Source: a virus. From it: a stretch of 59,401 bases of DNA. A model generated the notes under the pieces. The model was not told the origin of the DNA and searched no databases. It saw only the letters and a list, made by a program, of their open reading frames with translations. The stretch covers positions 1 to 59,401 of IMG/VR virus record IMGVR_UViG_3300045988_077504. The stretch is one strand, 5' to 3'. Position 1 is the stretch's first letter, and each line of letters starts with the position of its first letter. Positions 1-8,442 of the stretch are shown piece after piece. The translations under genes were made by a program, and so were the position numbers.

Positions 1-119
1 ATGCACGCTGTTTTATGAAAAGAATTAGGCGGAATACCTCCGTAAACACGTGATACTCCGCCTAAATAGCTAGTATTTAGGAGTTTTCTAACTTTCTTCC
101 ACTGCAGCCTGTGCCGCAG
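1..119. repeat. Left copy of an exact 119-bp terminal direct repeat (identical to 59283..59401)
   Basis: Read directly: atgcacgctgttttatgaaaag...ccactgcagcctgtgccgcag is present at both window ends. Position 120 (a) has no counterpart after 59401. Confidence 0.97.
25..65 (-). terminator. Imperfect inverted repeat or hairpin; possible minus-strand terminator or recombinase site inside the terminal repeat
   Basis: TTAGGCGGA (25..33) pairs with TCCGCCTAA (57..65) and extends to 12 of 13 positions. CACGTG lies in the loop. On the minus strand the hairpin is followed by ttcttttc. It lies between the 348..719 gene and the integrase on the circular map. Confidence 0.3.
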
Positions 120-347
120 AAAAAAATGATTGAACATCGTGCAGTTAGAGTACTTGTGTAAACAACTTATAGTCTCCATTTCTTGATATTTAATTCATTG
201 TTTTTGCTTTATTATTTGTGCCGGCTGTGAGTTATCTCGTAAAATCGCAAATTTGCCCATTTCCTTTCGTTTCTAGCGCTTCAAACGTCAAAGATGATAA
301 AGTAATCGTTCGCAAATTTTTAACGGCTTAAAACGGTTATTTTTATC

Positions 348-719
348 CTATTCAAGTGGTGGAAAATCCGTAACCACACTGTCAATAGGTTCTGCTTCAT
401 ATCCTTTCCCTGCTAATTCTTCATAAATTTTCTCTGTTACACATAGTGGGCAATAGTAGCGAAAGTATGCGGAGTCTAGTTGTTTAACATTTACAAACAG
501 CATACCTACAACTTTTTTATCTCCCTCTCCATAATGGCACAAGAGGGAGCATTTTCTATTGGCATGAAGGCAATCATTCCTGTCTATATACACATACTTT
601 CCAAGTCTACGCTCAGCTTCGTTGTTCTCCTGCGATACATTCTTGTTGTTAGGCAGATTAGTACACGACGAAACCATTGACGTCAATATACTAAAAAATA
701 GAAAAGCAATATACTTCAT
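348..719 (-). CDS. Putative Cys-rich lipoprotein (lysogeny-operon cargo)
   Basis: 123-aa ORF. The N-terminus MKYIAFLFFSILTSMVSSC looks like a signal peptide with a lipobox Cys. A cysteine cluster follows (CLHANRKCSLLC...YYCPLC). No family recognised. Confidence 0.6.
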   Translation of the reverse strand: MKYIAFLFFSILTSMVSSCTNLPNNKNVSQENNEAERRLGKYVYIDRNDCLHANRKCSLLCHYGEGDKKVVGMLFVNVKQLDSAYFRYYCPLCVTEKIYEELAGKGYEAEPIDSVVTDFPPLE

Positions 720-725
720 TTTTCT

Positions 726-1094
726 TTAATCATTTTTTGTTCCAGTATCTTTGTATCGTTCTATCAATTGTTTTTCGGTATATTGTTTGAAGAATTTGGC
801 TCCGACAACAATTCCATACAATATAACCCCAATCAAAATCAATACAATAGCACTTGTTTTGCGAAAAGTGGCTATCTCTCTAAAACATATTCGATATACA
901 GTTGGACGCAAGATCTGTACAACCCCCAAACTTATCATCATTAAAGGAATCGATGGCATTGTTCCGCCTATTCGATAACCGAATGTTCCAAATGCAATTG
1001 GAGACACACCTATTGCGACAAGAATCACAGAAACCAGCAACCATATTGCAATAAATAGCACGAAAAGGATGCCATAATAAATAATTTTCTTCAT
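726..1094 (-). CDS. Small integral membrane protein, function unknown
   Basis: 122-aa ORF with about three long hydrophobic segments (ILFVLFIAIWLLVSVILVAIGV, IPLMMISLGVV, AIVLILIGVILYGIVVG). Tightly packed with its neighbours. Confidence 0.6.
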   Translation of the reverse strand: MKKIIYYGILFVLFIAIWLLVSVILVAIGVSPIAFGTFGYRIGGTMPSIPLMMISLGVVQILRPTVYRICFREIATFRKTSAIVLILIGVILYGIVVGAKFFKQYTEKQLIERYKDTGTKND

Positions 1095-1133
1095 TTCCCA
1101 ATTATAAATTATATTTAATATTTTATTATTTTC

Positions 1134-1451
1134 CTATATCATCTTTAATAAAGATAAATACATGCCAATCAATAATATATCACAAATGACAGACCCAATC
1201 ATTGATGTAGTACGCAATCTTGCCCCTATAACAGAAGGATCTACTTTCGGAAGAAGTATTGGTACTATCAGGTATATCGCAATTGAAACGAGACCATACC
1301 ACCAATGACTTCCAATAATAAAGCATAGCACAATAAATATTAGTTCCGCGATAACTGCTACATATCCGACTTTCGCAAGAAATTGTGATGTAAAAGGACA
1401 AAAGTTATTGATAACTTTCTTTGCTAACATTAAAATTATCCAAAGCTCCAT
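1134..1451 (-). CDS. Small integral membrane protein, function unknown
   Basis: 105-aa ORF with three to four hydrophobic segments (VAVIAELIFIVLCFIIG, LVSIAIYLIVPILL, IGSVICDILLIGMYLSLL). Confidence 0.55.
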   Translation of the reverse strand: MELWIILMLAKKVINNFCPFTSQFLAKVGYVAVIAELIFIVLCFIIGSHWWYGLVSIAIYLIVPILLPKVDPSVIGARLRTTSMIGSVICDILLIGMYLSLLKMI

Positions 1452-1463
1452 AGCGACTTAATT

Positions 1464-1730
1464 TTATTTGTTGGTTAGTTTATCAATTATCTTTATCAAG
1501 TTACTTTTCTGCTGCTGGCTCGTCTCAAGTTCTCTCGTCAGCGTGGCAACTGACTCTGTCAATGTAGCAACAACTTGAGGGGGTTGTCCGTTACCGCAAC
1601 TATCTCCATAATTATTAGTTGTATTTGTTGTCTGTGTATTCATTTTCTGGTGTAATGTATCACTATTAAAATTTGGAGGCTCTGTGCGCGATAATTTTGC
1701 AAAAAGTTCTGCAAGCCGTTCATACAGCAT
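1464..1730 (-). CDS. Hypothetical protein (Thr/Asn/Gln-rich centre, heptad-like C-terminus)
   Basis: 88-aa ORF on the same strand and in the same tight spacing as the rest of the cassette. No motif recognised. Confidence 0.5.
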   Translation of the reverse strand: MLYERLAELFAKLSRTEPPNFNSDTLHQKMNTQTTNTTNNYGDSCGNGQPPQVVATLTESVATLTRELETSQQQKSNLIKIIDKLTNK

Positions 1731-1751
1731 AACAGTTCTCTTAAGTTAATT

Positions 1752-2201
1752 CTACCTAAAATCTTTATAATCCAAAGTCACAACTCCTATTAATCTTCCA
1801 TTTTCATCAATATAGTTGCATCGGAATTTAAGACCTAGCAACTTACATACTTCTGAAAAATTCTTCATCCCAAAGCTGTATTTCCCTTTTGCATATAGTC
1901 GTTTCAGCTGTGCCTTCTTGTTAATCTTCATGTTATACATTATCTCTTTTATTTCAGTCTCTTCGAAAAGACTCCAGTCTATATTCGTAACATAATTAGT
2001 TGTTACAGTCCAATTATAGAACACCATCGAGTTTAACTCGGTAACTTCATCAACACGTATAGGACATTGCTGATTTATGGTACGACACATATCAATCCAT
2101 AGCTTTTTATAATAACCTTTCTCTTGTGCCGTTATATGGACTTGCGAGAAGGAAAATAAAAAGCACATAGAAGCTATAAATAACAAAAGTATTCTCTTCA
2201 T
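1752..2201 (-). CDS. Secreted hypothetical protein
   Basis: 149-aa ORF. The N-terminus MKRILLLFIASMCFLFSFSQV resembles a cleavable signal peptide. It is the first gene downstream of the repressor. Confidence 0.6.
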   Translation of the reverse strand: MKRILLLFIASMCFLFSFSQVHITAQEKGYYKKLWIDMCRTINQQCPIRVDEVTELNSMVFYNWTVTTNYVTNIDWSLFEETEIKEIMYNMKINKKAQLKRLYAKGKYSFGMKNFSEVCKLLGLKFRCNYIDENGRLIGVVTLDYKDFR

Positions 2202-2235
2202 ACATCAAAAACTAATAATGCCTTTCTCATCGTTA

Positions 2236-2637
2236 CTACAAATCAAAATTGTTCATTTTCTCATACACTCTTATCAATCGCTCCTTTTCCTCCAGCAACG
2301 CCTCAAGTGACTTGATGCGCTCCTGCATCACAGCCACGTCCGCCAACGTCACGTTAGTGGCATTGCCGTGAACACTACTGTTGTCTCCTGTGGCGATACT
2401 TCCATTATCCGCTTTGATTATCTTGGTAGCACGAAGCATTTCGCCCTCACCTCCACTAAGAAGCCAGTCTCCTGACAAATATTCGCATTTTGAATATATT
2501 AGTTCTATATCGAAAGAGTTGCGACCTAACCATGTGTTTATGGTTTGTGGCTTTATTCCCAACTTTGCTGCAAATTTAGCCTTATTACCATTAGTATAGT
2601 AATTTACTAGGCTTTCAAGAATGTCTTTCTTTTCCAT
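2236..2637 (-). CDS. CI-like phage repressor (HTH DNA-binding protein)
   Basis: GNKAKFAAKLGIKPQTINTWLGRNSFDIELIYSKCEYLSGDWLLSGGEGEM matches the Phage_CI_repr-type HTH pattern common in Bacteroidota, followed by a C-terminal coiled coil. The start is moved to the internal MEKKD (cat at 2635..2637) rather than 2682. It is divergent from the early operon. Confidence 0.75.
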   Translation of the reverse strand: MEKKDILESLVNYYTNGNKAKFAAKLGIKPQTINTWLGRNSFDIELIYSKCEYLSGDWLLSGGEGEMLRATKIIKADNGSIATGDNSSVHGNATNVTLADVAVMQERIKSLEALLEEKERLIRVYEKMNNFDL

Positions 2638-2710
2638 ATTGTAAATGTTAAATAATTCAAAATGAATATATAAAGTTCGCAATACGCTTGCTTTTTAGTT
2701 TCAAAACGAA

Positions 2711-2718
2711 TATCTTTG
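2711..2718 (+). promoter_or_regulatory. Bacteroidota-type -7 promoter box (TAnnTTTG) for the early plus-strand operon
   Basis: TATCTTTG lies 41 nt upstream of the ATG at 2759, in the repressor/early divergent gap. The same 13-mer TATCTTTGCACCA recurs at 56872. Confidence 0.4.
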
Positions 2719-2758
2719 CACCATAAAGTTAAACAAATAATTCATAGGAACAAAAATT

Positions 2759-2947
2759 ATGGCAAGAAAAAACAGTCTAACAAACTCCATTCGAGAAATG
2801 AGAGTGGGACAAATTATAGAGTTCCCTATTGAACGCTGTACTAGTGTTCAAAGCGTTGCGAGTGTTACAGGACTTCGCTATGATAGGCATTACACAACAG
2901 AGACCTTTCGTGAAAAGAGAGTTATCAAAGTTAAACGATTAAAGTAA
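2759..2947 (+). CDS. Small hypothetical protein in the Cro position
   Basis: 62-aa ORF, the first gene divergent from the repressor. The assignment rests on position only. Confidence 0.45.
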   Translation: MARKNSLTNSIREMRVGQIIEFPIERCTSVQSVASVTGLRYDRHYTTETFREKRVIKVKRLK

Positions 2948-2953
2948 ATCAAG

Positions 2954-3181
2954 ATGGAAAAATATATCTCAATTTGCAAGAACTGGCGCAATGACGTATT
3001 GTTTGCCATCTTCGCCGTTTTACTATTCTTTTTGTTTAGTGATACAAACAATATGTTGATATTGTTGTTAACAAAAACTTTTGCTTTAGTCGGCTTTGCT
3101 GCTTTCTACAAACTGTTCAAGCACTGGGATAGCCTCGGCAAGATTAAGGAACTGTCAGACTTGGCAAAAGAAGAGGATTAA
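2954..3181 (+). CDS. Small membrane protein
   Basis: 75-aa ORF with two hydrophobic helices (VLFAIFAVLLFFLF, LILLLTKTFALVGFAAF). Confidence 0.5.
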   Translation: MEKYISICKNWRNDVLFAIFAVLLFFLFSDTNNMLILLLTKTFALVGFAAFYKLFKHWDSLGKIKELSDLAKEED

Positions 3182-3184
3182 GCT

Positions 3185-3454
3185 ATGGTTCAATTAGTAT
3201 TCTCTGACAAGGTGGTTTCATACGACACGTTTATGAACGACTTAGCTGCTCGTTTAGCTTCGTTTTTACAGCAAGACAGGAATGAGCCTGAAATGATAAG
3301 CCAACGAAAAGCCTACAGTATGTTCGGACGTGGCAATGTTGACAGGTGGCGTAAGAAAGGGTTGATACATCCATATAAGAGACCTGGCAAGGTAGAATAT
3401 TCCACAAAAAGGTTAAGAGTACTTCAGCGCACAGAGCAAGACTACTTCGAGTAG
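3185..3454 (+). CDS. Putative excisionase-like / MerR-type HTH DNA-binding protein
   Basis: 89-aa ORF. ISQRKAYSMFGRGNVDRWRKKGLIHPYKRPGKVEYSTKRL fits the Xis/HTH_17 pattern (short HTH, RW, basic wing). Confidence 0.45.
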   Translation: MVQLVFSDKVVSYDTFMNDLAARLASFLQQDRNEPEMISQRKAYSMFGRGNVDRWRKKGLIHPYKRPGKVEYSTKRLRVLQRTEQDYFE

Positions 3455-3575
3455 TCTATTAGGCTCGGTAGTGTACGCAGGGCACGCTCGATAAGTGGAG
3501 ATTTGGGTCGAATGAGGAATTGGTGCAACTCCAATCCGAGCCACAACGATTTTATAACAAACAAAATTAATAATT

Positions 3576-4553
3576 ATGAGTGAGACTATCAATCAAGCAA
3601 AACATCTGCAAACACTTTCTGCAACAGAAGTGGTGCGTGATGAGTATGTACGCTCCCAGTTTATCAATGTCTATGACATGATATGGAAGCAAGGTGGAGA
3701 AGCTGCCTATGAACGAGAAGCAATCAACTTCAATAAGCAGTTGAGAGATAACGAGAAATTGCGTAAGTGTACTGGTATATCGGTATTCTTTGCATTCATA
3801 GACCTCGCTGTACGTGGTCTATCTTTGGAACAAGGCGCACAGGCATTATGTTACCTCTTACCTCGTAACCATAAGGCTGGTGTAAACCCACAGAATGGTA
3901 AGGATATGTGGGAAAGTCGCTGTAATCTTACCATTTCGGGGTATGGAGAATTGGTACTTCGGGCAAGAGCAGGACAAATTAGACATGCAGATAATCCTGT
4001 TATTGTGTATGAGGGTGATGAGTTCTCTTACGGAGAAACGGACGGACACAAGTATGTAAACTATCGTTGTAATCTTCCTCGTACATCTGAGAATATTATT
4101 GCTTGCTTTATGAAAATAACACGCATAGATGGGAGCGTAGATTATTCTGTAATGTTGAAGGGCGACTGGCAGCGTCTTGCCAATTATTCGGCAAAGAATA
4201 ATGCTTACTATGATCAGAACACACATCAACGTGTAGAAAAAGCCAACGAGCTTTATTCTTCCGTTAATGGTCAGATTGATACAGGTTTCCTTATGGCAAA
4301 GTGCATCAAGCATGCTTTCAAGTCTTACCCTAAGATTGCTATCGGTAAGGGTACACAGTTTGAAAGTGATGTTATTGATGACCCAACAAAGGACTTCGAC
4401 CCATACGGAGGCGTAACGGAAACGGAAACAGAACCTGAGTCTCAGCCTCAGCCTGTGCAAGCAGAGGAAGAGAGTTTCGCTGCTCCACAAGATATGTCGG
4501 CAGGTGTAACCATTGACCCTGCAAAGCAGGGAGACAATGACGATACTTTCTAA
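3576..4553 (+). CDS. recT: RecT-family single-strand annealing protein
   Basis: GLSLEQGAQALCYLLPR...ISGYGELVLRARAGQIRHADNPVIVYEGDEFSY parallels the E. coli RecT core (GLEPG..GHAYLLPF...IGYRGMIDLARRSGQI...VVREGDEFSF). Confidence 0.8.
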   Translation: MSETINQAKHLQTLSATEVVRDEYVRSQFINVYDMIWKQGGEAAYEREAINFNKQLRDNEKLRKCTGISVFFAFIDLAVRGLSLEQGAQALCYLLPRNHKAGVNPQNGKDMWESRCNLTISGYGELVLRARAGQIRHADNPVIVYEGDEFSYGETDGHKYVNYRCNLPRTSENIIACFMKITRIDGSVDYSVMLKGDWQRLANYSAKNNAYYDQNTHQRVEKANELYSSVNGQIDTGFLMAKCIKHAFKSYPKIAIGKGTQFESDVIDDPTKDFDPYGGVTETETEPESQPQPVQAEEESFAAPQDMSAGVTIDPAKQGDNDDTF

Positions 4554-4556
4554 CGA

Positions 4557-5885
4557 ATGCCATCAGATATTTGTAAGCAATGTAAAGATGTACGCCAACA
4601 AATCAATGGTTTGTACTGTCTCAAATTAGATAGATATATGGAGTACACTAAAATACCAATGTGTACTCCCTTAAAAACAAAAGATATGAATAACGAACTT
4701 GCAATAGTAAAACAAGAAAATATTGCGCAGATTGTGCAAACTGCACCGCAATCATACAAGGATAATTCCCTATCGCATGATAAGTGTGTCGAGGCTGGAC
4801 TGAAGATACTTAGCCTAATCGAGCAGAACGGTGGTAACATGACCGATGAACTCGACCAGCAAGCAGCTGTCTTCATAGAAAAAGCACGTAAGACAGTTAA
4901 GAAGATGAACGAACGTCGTTCTCCAGTTACTAAGTTGTTCGACCAGATACGCACGGAATTTACCGTTATTGAGAACGATATTGACCCAACGAAAGCCAAT
5001 ACTGTATCTTACAAGTTGCAGCAGCTCCGTAATGCTTTTGCAGCAAAGAAACGTGCAGAGGAAGAGAAACGCCGTCAGGAAGAACTTGCAAAGCAACAAG
5101 CTGCTCAAGCTCGTGAGCGTTTCAAACTCGATGTTGAGGATAACCTAAAGGTTCAGTTTCAGTCTGAACTCAATAAGAATATCAATGCGCTAAAAGACAT
5201 TGACTATGCGGTTACTCTTGAGAATTACGAGAAGTCATTAAATGACATCAATACATACTCAACTAGTTTATCTCCTATGTGGATTAACAACCTACGAGCT
5301 ACTGTACGTGCGCCTTATAACATTACAGCTGCCGAGGCAGAAGCTATAGAAATGGGCATTAGCCATAGTCTGTGTAAAAAGTTCAAGGAGCAGTACGGCT
5401 TTGAAGTAGGAGAAATAAAGACTTATATCCTTGACCGTCTTCCATCAAAGAAAGCTAACCTCGAACAAATTGCAAAATCTAACGAGGCAGAGGCTGCACG
5501 ACTCAAAGAGGAAATGCAAAAGAAAGAAAGTGAGGAAGCTGCTCGATTGGAACAGGAACGTATGAAGCGTGAGGAGGAAGAACGTAAGCAAGCTGAAATG
5601 AAGAAACAAGCAGCCGAAATGGACGGTTTGTTTGCTGGACAGGCTACTATGGCAGCATATCAGCCTAAGACCAAGGTAACTAAGAAGCTGCATCTACTCA
5701 ATCCTGAAGGTATTCTACCTGTTATCACAATGTGGTGGAGCCATGAGGGATGCAAGATGTCTGTTGATGAGCTTACTAAAACATTTAAGAAGCAAATCAC
5801 TTTCTGTGAGAAACAAGCTAACAAGGAAGGTACCTTCATTCAGGACGAAAGTGTCGAGTACATTGACAGTGTAAAGGCAAAGTAA
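4557..5885 (+). CDS. Coiled-coil protein with an N-terminal CxxC cluster, function unknown
   Basis: 442-aa ORF. The N-terminus is CKQCKDV...YCLK...MC, followed by long charged heptad regions (EEEKRRQEELAKQQAAQARE, EEAARLEQERMKREEEERKQAEMKKQ). It lies between recT and the exonuclease. Confidence 0.6.
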   Translation: MPSDICKQCKDVRQQINGLYCLKLDRYMEYTKIPMCTPLKTKDMNNELAIVKQENIAQIVQTAPQSYKDNSLSHDKCVEAGLKILSLIEQNGGNMTDELDQQAAVFIEKARKTVKKMNERRSPVTKLFDQIRTEFTVIENDIDPTKANTVSYKLQQLRNAFAAKKRAEEEKRRQEELAKQQAAQARERFKLDVEDNLKVQFQSELNKNINALKDIDYAVTLENYEKSLNDINTYSTSLSPMWINNLRATVRAPYNITAAEAEAIEMGISHSLCKKFKEQYGFEVGEIKTYILDRLPSKKANLEQIAKSNEAEAARLKEEMQKKESEEAARLEQERMKREEEERKQAEMKKQAAEMDGLFAGQATMAAYQPKTKVTKKLHLLNPEGILPVITMWWSHEGCKMSVDELTKTFKKQITFCEKQANKEGTFIQDESVEYIDSVKAK

Positions 5886-5886
5886 T

Positions 5887-6555
5887 ATGAACCATAATCC
5901 CGATACATACTATAACCGCAGTGAGGTCAGTAACTCAGACCTCACTGCACTCAAAGAGGTAATGCACCCACGACCGATGTTCGGAGATAGAGAGGCTGCT
6001 TTCCGTTTCGGGACACTGGTTGATGCACTGATAACAGAACCTGATAGAGTAGATTACTATCATCTTACTGTTGATGATGTAGAATATACTGATGATGAGT
6101 TCAGACACGCAAAGGAAATGCAACGCTCACTTAGGTTGGAAGCTCAGAAAGACCCATTCTTAGCAAAGGTCTTGGAATTATCAGACACACAAAAGTGCAT
6201 GGTAAACAAAGGACAGCAGTTCTATTATTGCGAGTTTCCTTTCTCTCTCGATACGCGTTGCAAATGGGATTGGTGGTTGGAAGCGTTTCACTTCGGTGGA
6301 GACTTAAAGACAACCTTTGCCTCATCTCAACAGGAATTTGATGAGGCTGTAGATTTCTTCGATTGGGATAGAAGCCGTGCATGGTATATGGATATAGCAC
6401 ATTCTGATAAGGACTTTATCTATGCTATCTCAAAAAAGAACTGTAAAGTATTCAAAAAGTTCATCAACCGTGGTGATGCAATCTACCAACATGGACGTGA
6501 GAAATATGAAGAACTGGCTTTTGCCTATTGGTGTATGACACCTCAAAACAATTGA
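5887..6555 (+). CDS. PD-(D/E)XK-family exonuclease (likely RecT partner)
   Basis: 222-aa ORF with FGTLVDALITEPD and GGDLKTT (D...DxK-type motif), as in RecE/DUF3799-like exonucleases. Adjacent to recT. Confidence 0.6.
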   Translation: MNHNPDTYYNRSEVSNSDLTALKEVMHPRPMFGDREAAFRFGTLVDALITEPDRVDYYHLTVDDVEYTDDEFRHAKEMQRSLRLEAQKDPFLAKVLELSDTQKCMVNKGQQFYYCEFPFSLDTRCKWDWWLEAFHFGGDLKTTFASSQQEFDEAVDFFDWDRSRAWYMDIAHSDKDFIYAISKKNCKVFKKFINRGDAIYQHGREKYEELAFAYWCMTPQNN

Positions 6556-6556
6556 T

Positions 6557-7990
6557 ATGACTACAACATTAAAACATCATCTCCGTATTGAGCCTTATCC
6601 TTATCAAGCTGAGGGTATTCGTTTCGGACTTGAAAACAAACGAATACTTATCGGTGATGAGCCTGGACTTGGAAAAACGTTGCAGTCTATCGGCATTGTA
6701 GATACCGCTAACGCATATCCCTGCCTCGTAATCTGTCCGTCATCTTTGAAAATCAATTGGCAAAGAGAGTTTGAGAAATTCACGGATAAGTCCGCTCTTG
6801 TGCTTGATAATAGTGTACAGACTACTTGGGGGTATCTTATGAAGATGGGAGTGCATCAGGTTGCAATCGTCAATTATGAGAGCCTTCGCAAATACTTTGT
6901 TTGGGATATTAAAGGTAATCGAAAGTCTTTCCGACTTAAAGATGTTGTTTTCCACCCAGCAATTAAAGTGTTCAGGTCTATTATTATTGACGAAAGCCAC
7001 CGTGTAAAAGACCCATCTGCACAACAGACAATTTTTGCAAAAGGTCTTTCAGTTGGTAAGGAATGGATAACACTCCTTTCAGGAACTCCAGTTGTTAATC
7101 GTCCCGAAGATTTGATAGCGCAGCTTTCAATAATGGGTAGGCTTGGCGAGTTTGGTGGACGTTCTCAATTTGTTGCCGATTATTGCACCGACCCAAAGGA
7201 TAAGGATGCAACACCAGCCGTACCTCTATCAGAACTAAGCGAAAAACTGTATAGCTCATGTATGATACGCAGAGAAAAGGCAAAGGTGCTGCCTCAACTT
7301 CCAGACAAGACACGCACCGACCTTTATGTGGATATATCTAACAGAGAGGAATATAACACGGCTGCTACAGACCTTGTTGCATACCTAGAACAGTACACGG
7401 AGTGTACCGACTGGGAGATAAGACGAAAGATGCGTATGGAGGCTCTTGTTAAGTTTATGACGTTGCGTGCGCTTGCCACAAAAGGAAAGATTGCACAGGC
7501 TATTGACTTCATCAGCACATTCCTTGAAAGTGGTAAGAAGCTAATAGTGTTCTGCTCTCTCCATGAGATTGTCGATGAGCTATGTAAGGCGTTTCCAAAA
7601 GCCGTAACGGTTACAGGTCGTGATAGTGCTGTAAACAAACAAGCTGCTGTCGATGCTTTTCAGACTGGCGAAAATACACGCCTCATCATCTGTTCTATCA
7701 AAGCTGCTGGTGTTGGACTTACCCTTACCGCTGCTTCGGACGTAGCTTTCTGTGAATTGCCATGGACAATGGCAGATTGTTATCAATGTGAAGACCGTGC
7801 GCACCGTATCGGGCAAAATGATAATGTAAACTGTTATTATCTGCTCGGTCGTGGTACAATCGACAATACTATCTACTCTCTTATTCAGCGCAAAAAGTCT
7901 ATTGCTAATGAGATTATGAACTCAGAAGATGATATTCCTACTGATGAAGTGTACTTTGACGAATTGGTTTCATCTTTCTTGAACAAATGA
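6557..7990 (+). CDS. SNF2-family helicase
   Basis: Motif I GDEPGLGKT, motif II IIIDESH, motif III LSGTPVVNRPEDL, motif VI QCEDRAHRIGQ. Confidence 0.9.
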   Translation: MTTTLKHHLRIEPYPYQAEGIRFGLENKRILIGDEPGLGKTLQSIGIVDTANAYPCLVICPSSLKINWQREFEKFTDKSALVLDNSVQTTWGYLMKMGVHQVAIVNYESLRKYFVWDIKGNRKSFRLKDVVFHPAIKVFRSIIIDESHRVKDPSAQQTIFAKGLSVGKEWITLLSGTPVVNRPEDLIAQLSIMGRLGEFGGRSQFVADYCTDPKDKDATPAVPLSELSEKLYSSCMIRREKAKVLPQLPDKTRTDLYVDISNREEYNTAATDLVAYLEQYTECTDWEIRRKMRMEALVKFMTLRALATKGKIAQAIDFISTFLESGKKLIVFCSLHEIVDELCKAFPKAVTVTGRDSAVNKQAAVDAFQTGENTRLIICSIKAAGVGLTLTAASDVAFCELPWTMADCYQCEDRAHRIGQNDNVNCYYLLGRGTIDNTIYSLIQRKKSIANEIMNSEDDIPTDEVYFDELVSSFLNK

Positions 7991-7991
7991 A

Positions 7992-8174
7992 ATGGAGATA
8001 TGCAAAACCGATATGGAGAAAATCATCAAATACTTGGAGGATGCTGCCAGTCTGTATGATAAGACGAAAGGACAAAGATACGTTTCTCGTGCATGGTGTA
8101 TCAGACAACTGGTAACGAAACTTAAACGCAAATTAGTATTAACTTTTAATAATAAGCAAAATGACAAAAAATGA
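7992..8174 (+). CDS. Small hypothetical protein
   Basis: 60-aa ORF filling the gap between the helicase and HU genes. It overlaps the HU start by 14 nt. No motif recognised. Confidence 0.35.
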   Translation: MEICKTDMEKIIKYLEDAASLYDKTKGQRYVSRAWCIRQLVTKLKRKLVLTFNNKQNDKK

Positions 8175-8430
8175 AATTCTATCTGAGGTAATGGACACAA
8201 CCGACCTTACACGCTCACAAGCTGTCAAGGCTTATGAAGCAATCATCAATGCTATCAAGAAGTCACTCATTAAGGGTGAAGATGTTACTCTTCGTGGGTT
8301 CGCTACTCTAAAAGTAGTACACGTGAAAGAACGTGTGTCAGGACTGCATGGAAAGAAGACGGTTATCCCTGCACACAAGACTGTAAAGATTAAGGCGTGT
8401 CAGGAGTTGAAAAAACTCATAAACAAATAA
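8161..8430 (+). CDS. HU/IHF-family DNA-binding protein
   Basis: 89 aa. MTKNEILSEVMD...SQAVKAYEAIINAIKKSLIKGEDVTLRGFATLKVVHVKER...IPAHKTVKIKACQELK is a typical HU fold sequence. Confidence 0.85.
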   Translation: MTKNEILSEVMDTTDLTRSQAVKAYEAIINAIKKSLIKGEDVTLRGFATLKVVHVKERVSGLHGKKTVIPAHKTVKIKACQELKKLINK

Positions 8431-8442
8431 ATACTCATCACT

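Noticed and set aside
1-119. The 119-bp repeats as attL/attR of an integrated prophage with host flanks.
   Set aside because: The repeats coincide exactly with the window ends and no host sequence lies outside them. The gene order is also continuous across the junction. The att interpretation cannot be excluded without host data, but circular closure or a DTR is the simpler reading.
3462-3542. Possible tRNA gene (7-bp acceptor-like stem, T-arm-like hairpin adjacent to the 3' strand, 81 nt).
   Set aside because: I could not form a 5-bp anticodon stem (CTCGA has no complement in register). The loop TGCAACT lacks the TTCRA T-loop consensus, and the D-arm is weak. It is kept only as an unclassified structured element.
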